Shown: positions 55,352-64,000 of the stretch, in pieces
Layout of the letters: every line of letters starts with the position of its first letter
Numbering within the stretch: position 1 is the first letter of the stretch
IMG/VR virus record: IMGVR_UViG_3300037297_000066
Span: 248,001 to 312,000 of that record
Strand: one strand, 5' to 3'
Length of the DNA stretch: 64,000 nucleotides
Notes under the pieces: model-generated
Database searches by the model: none
What the model was told of the DNA's origin: nothing
The model's input: the letters and a program-made list of their open reading frames with translations, nothing else
Position numbers and translations under genes: made by a program

Positions 55352-55939
55352 ATGTTCACTCAAACGTTGATCCTCACGAACCACTACCGGGCACACGAAA
55401 TCATCGGGTGGCAGGATGCTGTGACTCGTATGTTCTGCGGCAAGATCGAGGTCTTGGCCCAGTACGATGAGATCCTAGCCGTTCTTGGACGGGAGACCCT
55501 CAAGTCTTTCCCAGATCTGAGACGAGCTCTGCGCCAGGTGATCGGGACCGATGCAGAGTCCTTGACCATCAAGGTGCCGGCCGTGGCCGTTCTTCGTCGG
55601 TCAATCGGGACCACGAAGAGCGGTATCAAGTTCAGCAAGATCAACGTCTGCCAGCGGGACGGGTTCACCTGCCAGTACTGCGGGAACAAGCTCCCGATGA
55701 GTCAGCTGAACTACGATCACGTCATTCCTCGGTCTCAGGGTGGTAAGACGGTGTGGACCAACATCGTGACCGCTTGCTACACCTGCAACTCGAAGAAGGC
55801 GAACCGGACGCCTGAGCAGGCCGGAATGGTTCTCTTGAGGGTTCCGGTCAAGCCGAAGACGCTGCCGATGACTCCTCCGATCATCAATCCGGAGCTGGCG
55901 CCCACAGAGTGGTTGCCGTATCTGGAAACGGCGGCATAA
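55352..55939 (+). CDS. HNH endonuclease
   Basis: NVCQRDGFTCQYCG, NYDHVIPRSQGG and NIVTACYTCNSKK motifs. Confidence 0.92.
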   Translation: MFTQTLILTNHYRAHEIIGWQDAVTRMFCGKIEVLAQYDEILAVLGRETLKSFPDLRRALRQVIGTDAESLTIKVPAVAVLRRSIGTTKSGIKFSKINVCQRDGFTCQYCGNKLPMSQLNYDHVIPRSQGGKTVWTNIVTACYTCNSKKANRTPEQAGMVLLRVPVKPKTLPMTPPIINPELAPTEWLPYLETAA

Positions 55940-55970
55940 TCAGAAGACCGTTAGAGGAATTGAGGGCCGA

Positions 55971-56363
55971 GTGGCGAAAGTTGCTCGGCCCTCTTTTTTT
56001 GTGTACCTTGTAGGTATGGTGGCTAGGCTCAGTCAGAAGGCTAAGAAGGCTGAGGCGCTCATCAGCCAGTTGGTCAAGGGAACGGGAGAGTCTTGCCTCA
56101 ACAAGCTTCGATCCTTGTACCCCGAGCTCTACTTGTTCTACGACTCGTACTGGGGGTTGAGGCTATACGCCAAACCAACCTGCTCAGGGGCCCTTCCGGC
56201 TTACCTGAGTCACATGGCATCTGAGGTAGAGAGGTTGTTACCAGGCGGGGGAGCTCGGGTAGTCAAAAGCCGAACCCGAGCTCCGGGGACTGTGTTGCCA
56301 GCCTCTACAATGCCCCCTGTGAAGCTTCCCCTAACGTGTTGGGAGAGGCTTCTCGCAACTTAG
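55971..56363 (+). CDS. hypothetical protein (C-terminal TCWERLL)
   Basis: 130-aa ORF; start uncertain. Confidence 0.55.
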   Translation: MAKVARPSFFVYLVGMVARLSQKAKKAEALISQLVKGTGESCLNKLRSLYPELYLFYDSYWGLRLYAKPTCSGALPAYLSHMASEVERLLPGGGARVVKSRTRAPGTVLPASTMPPVKLPLTCWERLLAT

Positions 56364-56604
56364 GGGTTGCTTCCCGTGTCCAGGGGGTGTATCAGTAAAG
56401 GGCCGCACCGATAGGTTTGGGCTTTTGGGGTGTGCCCACTCGTAAGAGCGCCCCTGCCTTGGGATACCAGGGAGGCACGTACAGTCGGCTGCACCGTCAG
56501 GTTTGAGCTGGCTGCGGACATCGAACCCGGAACGCTGCGAATTTGAGGGCCTGTCCAGCCCTACGTGACCAGCAATCCCCTCGACTGTTTTACGGAGGCT
56601 CCCA

Positions 56605-58032
56605 ATGGAGATCCAAGCACGTTTCGCACACACCAAGCTCAACAACTCTCAAGACAACGAGACCTTCCTCGTACTCACGCTCACGGCCCCCAAGATTGAC
56701 TGGCTGGAGAAGAGGCCGGACATTTCCGTGCTTCCGGTCATTGACGTCTCTGGATCCATGACCGGTCCCAAGCTGGAATATGCCCAGAAGTCGGCCCTCA
56801 AGTTGGTGGAGCATCTTAAGCCCGGGGATGTTTCTGGGCTAGTAGTGTTCTCCAACGGTGTGAATGTTCTAGTCCCCCCCGGGCCAGTCACGGCTGAACA
56901 GAAGGATCGACTTCGGAACGCTATTTCCAAGCTGAAGGCTTCTGGAGGCACCAACTTTGCCGAGGCCATGAGTCGATCTTTGGAGTTGGTCCAGAATCTG
57001 GACCTGCCTCCTAAGTACAACCCTCGGGTCATCATGTTCACTGATGGGGAGCCCACGGTTGGAATCACGGACAACAACGCCATCCTCAGGATACTGGCAG
57101 AGAGCCGGGCCCAGGTGACGGTGAGTGCCTTCGGGTATGGGGCCGGCGGAGTATGGGGTGGTTGTGACCAGGACTTCCTGACGGCGTTTGCCAAGCAAGG
57201 AGCTGGGAACTACGCTTATATCAAGGAGCCTGACGCCGCTCTGAGTGCTTTTGGGAAGGAACTAGGGGGGCTCCTCTCGACCTACGCCACAGACCTTTCG
57301 GTAGATGTGGAGCCCTTGGCTGGGCATCGGGTTGTGGAGGTGGTTTCCGACGTGGATGCACACGAGACTGATGTGACTGGTTTGCTAGAGGTCACGCTGC
57401 CGGACATTTTGGCTGAGGAGGCCCGGCACATCGTTCTCAAGGTTCAGACCAAGGCTGGGAAGGCCGGGCCCCGTGCAGTCAATCTGTTCGATGTCGAAGC
57501 TTCTTACCTGGTCATCACAGAGGAAGGGAAGAAAGTAGAGCAGAAGGTTTCTACCAAGGCCAAGCTTCGGTTCCATTCCGGGGACAACGAGAAGAACCCT
57601 GACAAGGTACTGTCCGAGGTTATTGGGTTGGCCCAGTTGGTTCAGGCCCAACTCAAGGCTGAGGAGAAAGCCAACGACGGGGATTACACGGGAGCGGCCG
57701 GGGTGATGCAGAATGCTCACCAACTGGAGTACATCAGCGAGAACTCCGGGCTTTCGGCCTTGGCAGGCAACATCCAGGACAGGGTTGCCTCTTCCCAAAT
57801 GTATGCTTCAAGTGCAGGTTACCGTCGGAGCACTCACATGGCGGGAACTCGGGCCTATGGAGTGGTTGGGATGGATGCCGGGGCTTCGGCTGATCTGGCG
57901 GGGTCTACCTGCTTCATGAGCTTCGACAATGAGGCGAGGGGAGCTCTGGCGGATTCCTTTCAGGCGGACTCGGGGGTAAAGGTGGAGGGTCTGGGGACCA
58001 TCCACAAGACGTCCAGCGGTAAGCGTTGGTGA
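56605..58032 (+). CDS. vWA domain protein (YfbK-like)
   Basis: VIDVSGSM, GGTNF, MFTDGEP and GAGNYAYI motifs. Confidence 0.9.
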   Translation: MEIQARFAHTKLNNSQDNETFLVLTLTAPKIDWLEKRPDISVLPVIDVSGSMTGPKLEYAQKSALKLVEHLKPGDVSGLVVFSNGVNVLVPPGPVTAEQKDRLRNAISKLKASGGTNFAEAMSRSLELVQNLDLPPKYNPRVIMFTDGEPTVGITDNNAILRILAESRAQVTVSAFGYGAGGVWGGCDQDFLTAFAKQGAGNYAYIKEPDAALSAFGKELGGLLSTYATDLSVDVEPLAGHRVVEVVSDVDAHETDVTGLLEVTLPDILAEEARHIVLKVQTKAGKAGPRAVNLFDVEASYLVITEEGKKVEQKVSTKAKLRFHSGDNEKNPDKVLSEVIGLAQLVQAQLKAEEKANDGDYTGAAGVMQNAHQLEYISENSGLSALAGNIQDRVASSQMYASSAGYRRSTHMAGTRAYGVVGMDAGASADLAGSTCFMSFDNEARGALADSFQADSGVKVEGLGTIHKTSSGKRW

Positions 58033-58239
58033 GTTCGTAGGGGGCGTGAGTTTTGGCTCTCGCCCCCTACCCTTTTGGTGTACTATCCTCGGGTATGAAG
58101 TGCCCGAAGTGTGGGAGTACCAACGTCAAGGGATTGATGGTGTTCGATCCTGACTGGCGTGCAGGTCACTCCAAGTGTCGGGATTGTTGCTTCATAGACC
58201 ATTGGACTTGTTTTTGCGAACCTCCTTGGAGGCTGACCG

Positions 58240-59646
58240 TTGTCCCTAAAGTACGCAGCCCAGAAGGTGAGTGACGGCCACTACGTGTTGCCCAAAGTGG
58301 CAACCATGAAGGTCGAAGTTCACGCCTTTCTTTCGGAAGCCCTCTATGAGGCTTCTGAGGAGCAGGTGTGGGATCAGGCTCGGAATGCCGCTTCCTATGA
58401 GGGAGTGGTGGGGGCCTATCTGATGCCGGATACCCACACTGGGTTTGGGGTACCCATCGGGGGTGTGGTGGTGACAGAAGACACCCTCATTCAAGCCGGA
58501 TCGGGATATGACATCTCGTGTGGGGTGCTCTACATGAAGGTATCGGGGCTTTCTGCCAAGGGTACTCGTGGTAGGTACAACCGAGAGCGTTGGATCACCG
58601 AGGTGGAGAAACGTGTGGCGTTGGGAGTGGGATCCAAGCGCCCCAAGCTGATGCCCCAGTTCTCCCCAGCGTTGTTGGAGAGTATCTTCCGATATGGGGC
58701 CAAACCTCTTGGGACGAAGCCTGATGTATGCGAAAGGCAGTACATTCCGGTTCCCGAAGGCACAGACTTCACCAAGATCGAGAAAGCCTATGAGAAAGCC
58801 CTGCCCCAGCTCGGATCTCTAGGGGGCGGCAACCATTTCATTGAGATGCAAGTGGACGAGGCCACCGGGGATGTTTGGGTCATGATCCATTGCGGGTCCC
58901 GGGGTTATGGTTGGCAGACAGCCAACCACTACTTCTACGAGGGAGCCCAGCTTCGAGGTCTCAGGAAGAACCAACGGGAATCTTCTTGGCTGAGAATCGA
59001 CGAGCCCTTGGGTAGGGAATATTGGGCCTACCACAATTCGGCAGCCAACTATGCCATCGCCAATCGCCACACCATCGTTTCCGGCGTCCAGGAGGCCCTA
59101 GGAGAGGTTTTTGGGGCTGAGGCGGAGGTCTACTACGAAATCAGTCACAACCTCGTACAAGAGGAAACTCTGGTCCTTCCCGACGGAACTACAAAGCGAG
59201 GGTTCGTGCATCGGAAAGGGGCCACCCGAGCCTTTCCGGCCGGGCATCCTGATTTGGTAGGTACCAAGTGGGAGCCGACGGGGCACCCGTGTTTGATTCC
59301 GGGGTCGATGTTCTCAGGGGCTGCCATTCTCTTTGCCGAACCTCAGGCCCATCAGTCGGCTTGTTCGGTCAACCATGGGTCTGGCCGGGTGCTCGCTCGG
59401 GGGCAGGCCAAAAGGAAGCTTCATCACAAGCAGCAACGAATCGACGACCAGATGCGGACGGTCAAACGTCGGTTGGGGGGCGTCGAAGTAGAGGGCATCG
59501 TAGGCAATAGCAAGCACACGCCTTTGGACGAATGTGGAGAGGTCTACAAGGATCTGGACGAGGTGCTTGTCGTTTTGCAGCAGACAGGTATTGCAAGAGT
59601 CGCTCATCGTCTTTACCCTGTGGCGAACCTCAAGGGAACGGACTGA
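58240..59646 (+). CDS. rtcB: RNA ligase RtcB
   Basis: MPDTHTGFGVPIGG, GYDISCG, LGSLGGGNHF, IHCGSRG, HNLV, HRKGATRA, PGSM and HGSGR motifs. Confidence 0.96.
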   Translation: MSLKYAAQKVSDGHYVLPKVATMKVEVHAFLSEALYEASEEQVWDQARNAASYEGVVGAYLMPDTHTGFGVPIGGVVVTEDTLIQAGSGYDISCGVLYMKVSGLSAKGTRGRYNRERWITEVEKRVALGVGSKRPKLMPQFSPALLESIFRYGAKPLGTKPDVCERQYIPVPEGTDFTKIEKAYEKALPQLGSLGGGNHFIEMQVDEATGDVWVMIHCGSRGYGWQTANHYFYEGAQLRGLRKNQRESSWLRIDEPLGREYWAYHNSAANYAIANRHTIVSGVQEALGEVFGAEAEVYYEISHNLVQEETLVLPDGTTKRGFVHRKGATRAFPAGHPDLVGTKWEPTGHPCLIPGSMFSGAAILFAEPQAHQSACSVNHGSGRVLARGQAKRKLHHKQQRIDDQMRTVKRRLGGVEVEGIVGNSKHTPLDECGEVYKDLDEVLVVLQQTGIARVAHRLYPVANLKGTD

Positions 59647-59658
59647 CTCGACTCAGGC

Positions 59659-61684
<2,026 letters not shown>

Positions 61685-62149
61685 GGCATAGTTGGACAGC
61701 TTTGAAGGGCTGGAGGAGACTCCGGCCCTTCTTCTATTTGTGTTCCAGCATTGGCGTGGACAATCGTTTGCGACGGCCTGGAGGTCTCCGAATCACCCAT
61801 CTCAGAAGACGAGACCTTCCGGAGCTTGCTAGAGCTATCGTTTCGGTTGTCTATAAGCAGGGGAAGATCAATTTTGTGGACAACGGGTCCCCTTACGTGA
61901 GGCTTCATGGGAACAGCTTTGATGTGTTCGTTTCGCTAGATGATTGGAAGCTGATCCAACCCTTTATCGATGACGGGACGTTCGATCCGCTTCGGTTCCC
62001 TGGTCCTACTGTGGTGACTTTGAGCCCCAACGACTTTTTGAGTCAGTCTGTTGTGGACTTGAACGCTGATACGTTCTACAAGAGAGTACTCGGAACTCTG
62101 CAGGGGGTCTTTACTGAAGAGTATCCGACGGCCAGTCTGTGAGGTTGCT

Positions 62150-62392
62150 ATGTCCGAAAAGGCAGAAGCTGTCGAGGCTGTTTTGCCTGCTTCAGAAGCT
62201 GTAGAGAAGGCTCCTAAAGACTTCGAACAACCCCCTCGAAAGACGGTGCAGATTCGTTGTCGAATGCCTAAGTGCGATTCGATGTTGCATTACGAACTTT
62301 TGGGAGCGGACGGAGTCCCACTACGAGCCTATGAGTGCGTGGAGTGTGGCAACGTTTGGAACTTGAACCTGGGTGGAGACCCTGGTTTTTAG
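62150..62392 (+). CDS. small zinc-ribbon protein
   Basis: CRMPKC..YECVECG. Confidence 0.55.
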   Translation: MSEKAEAVEAVLPASEAVEKAPKDFEQPPRKTVQIRCRMPKCDSMLHYELLGADGVPLRAYECVECGNVWNLNLGGDPGF

Positions 62393-62455
62393 GCTGTTTT
62401 CGTTGTCCAGCCCGCCGGTTAGCTACTTCGTTTATCAGACGTCCTAACTGCCCCT

Positions 62456-62668
62456 ATGCCTTCCTCTACGAAGCCTAATAGCTTGATGTTCTGCACGAGC
62501 TGCAGGGGCAGACTAGAAATGAGTGGGAGGGAGCCTTACCGCTACGTGTGCTCCGATTGTGGGCAGAACTTCATGGCTGTGATGCAGCTTGTGCCTGTGG
62601 CTTCGAATCAGGAGTCACCCCAACTTCCAGGAGAGTCTGTTGCTGGATCGGGTGAAGGAACAAGCTGA
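62456..62668 (+). CDS. small zinc-ribbon protein
   Basis: CTSC..YVCSDCG. Confidence 0.55.
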   Translation: MPSSTKPNSLMFCTSCRGRLEMSGREPYRYVCSDCGQNFMAVMQLVPVASNQESPQLPGESVAGSGEGTS

Positions 62669-63572
62669 AGGCGTTCGCTTCCTGCGTAGGGTAGTTGACG
62701 GTAACCTGACCACCCCTCTCATGCTAGTGGGGCCGGAGGGTACCGGCCGCAGGTTATCCGTTCTTGAAGCTGCTAGAGAGATGTTTGGAGGAGGCGAGCA
62801 TCACGATCTTTTGATCGACGAAGGGAAGCACCCTGATTTGAAGGTGCTGGTTCCAGAATCTGGCAAGGATCTGGGAGTGGATGCTGTTCGAGGGCTGTTG
62901 AGGGAGACGATCTTCTTTCCCGTTGACGCTCCCAAGAAGTTTTTCGTTATCGATGAGGCTGACCGAATGACTCCAGCAGCGTCCAACGCTTTGCTGAAGA
63001 CGTTGGAGGAGCCGCCAAGCACGTGTCGCTTCTTTCTTCTGGTGCAGTCTACTGACCGAGTTTTGCCAACGATTCGGTCTCGTTGCGGCGTTGTTCAGTA
63101 CCGTCAGTTGTCTGAGTCGTTGGTGATGAGTCACCTTAGTCGTTTCGAGAAGGACGGCACTAAAGCACTTGTCTACGCTCGCTTAGCAGAAGGCTCTATA
63201 GGAAGAGCCGTTTCCCTATGGGGCTCCGGTCGTCTCACTTTACGAGATCAAGTCTTGGGGCTCTTAAAAACAGGGTTATCAGGCGACACGTCTTCTCTCT
63301 TTTCGACTGTGGATGGGCTACAGTCAGAACTCCCGTTGGGTCTTCGTTTTCTAGAACACGTAGTTCAAGATCTGCTGATGCTTCCCTACTGTTCAGAGCG
63401 TTTGACCAACCTAGATGTCGTCGATTCTCTGACGGATCTAAGGGCTCAAATGGGGGACGCTCGTTTGAGGAAGCTTCGAGAGGGTTTGAAGTCTTTGTTG
63501 GGTAAGACCTACCTGACGACGTTGCCCTTTCATACCAAGACGTTTTTGGCTGACGTGTTGGAGGGCGGTTGA
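62640..63572 (+). CDS. holB: DNA polymerase III delta-prime-like clamp-loader subunit
   Basis: GPEGTGR, HPDL, IDEADRMT..ASNALLKTLEEPP and LPTIRSRC motifs. Confidence 0.92.
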   Translation: MLDRVKEQAEGVRFLRRVVDGNLTTPLMLVGPEGTGRRLSVLEAAREMFGGGEHHDLLIDEGKHPDLKVLVPESGKDLGVDAVRGLLRETIFFPVDAPKKFFVIDEADRMTPAASNALLKTLEEPPSTCRFFLLVQSTDRVLPTIRSRCGVVQYRQLSESLVMSHLSRFEKDGTKALVYARLAEGSIGRAVSLWGSGRLTLRDQVLGLLKTGLSGDTSSLFSTVDGLQSELPLGLRFLEHVVQDLLMLPYCSERLTNLDVVDSLTDLRAQMGDARLRKLREGLKSLLGKTYLTTLPFHTKTFLADVLEGG

Positions 63573-64000
63573 TGGCTAAGCCCTTCCCGTTCCACGTGGC
63601 CTATGGAGAAGACACCTTCATGTTGGGGCGTCACCTGGCATTCGGAAGGTCTTTCCGGAACCGAGACATAATTCAGCTGGACGGGGCTGTTGTTGGTGAA
63701 GAGGAACTGGTTTCTGCCTGTGAGTCCTTTTCGCTTGGGGGTCAAGATCGGGTAGTTGTTTTGGACAACGCCCAGAAGGTGAAAGGCAAGGAACTATCTC
63801 GGTACATCGAGGAGAAGGAGCGTAAGGATCTGGCTACGATTCTGGTGGCTGTGGTTCGAGCCAAGTCACTCCCTGATCCGTGGTCTAAGCTTGGCTCCAA
63901 AGGTCAAACGGTTTGTTTTCAGGAGTTGAAGCCGTGGTCGGAGGAGCCTGCCAAAAAACTGATGGCAGAGGAAGCAGAGCGTTTGGGGATCAAGTTGAGT
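63572..64000 (+). CDS. holA: DNA polymerase III delta-like subunit, truncated by window end
   Basis: YGEDTFML..FSLGGQDRVVVLDNAQK; follows holB; no stop before 64000. Confidence 0.65.
   Translation, partial: MAKPFPFHVAYGEDTFMLGRHLAFGRSFRNRDIIQLDGAVVGEEELVSACESFSLGGQDRVVVLDNAQKVKGKELSRYIEEKERKDLATILVAVVRAKSLPDPWSKLGSKGQTVCFQELKPWSEEPAKKLMAEEAERLGIKLS

Overview
The window looks like part of a very large (jumbo) bacteriophage genome of roughly 55% GC. It is packed with short hypothetical ORFs and carries scattered host-like genes: groES, groEL, rtcB, holB/holA-like clamp-loader subunits, a dCMP deaminase, PTH2-like, macro, dual-specificity phosphatase, DnaJ, two sigma-like proteins, a DNA methyltransferase and a two-component set. 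About 50 tRNA genes cover all 20 amino acids (30.2-54.0 kb). There is also a tmRNA and two tandem amber (CUA) tRNAs at 9.6 kb. The most striking signal is at 31-39.8 kb. A five-gene operon encodes a TROVE/Ro60-like-vWA protein, an E2-like protein, a JAB peptidase, a ubiquitin-like protein ending in Gly and a ThiF/E1 enzyme. It sits among a family of tRNA-shaped RNAs that share one covarying helix (GC-N5-C-ACUC-GG paired with CC-CGC(C/A)-G-N6-GC). That helix occurs in three topologies: circularly permuted (x3), inserted into CCA-ended tRNA-like RNAs (x2) and clamping a tRNA-Arg (x1). A variant seventh copy lies over the ribosome-binding site of the TROVE-like gene. Three short peptide motifs recur across unrelated ORFs: C-terminal TxW[ED]R[IL]L, N-terminal YDYDR and RVAxRY. 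All calls were made by eye without database searches; coordinates of RNA ends may be off by a few nt.
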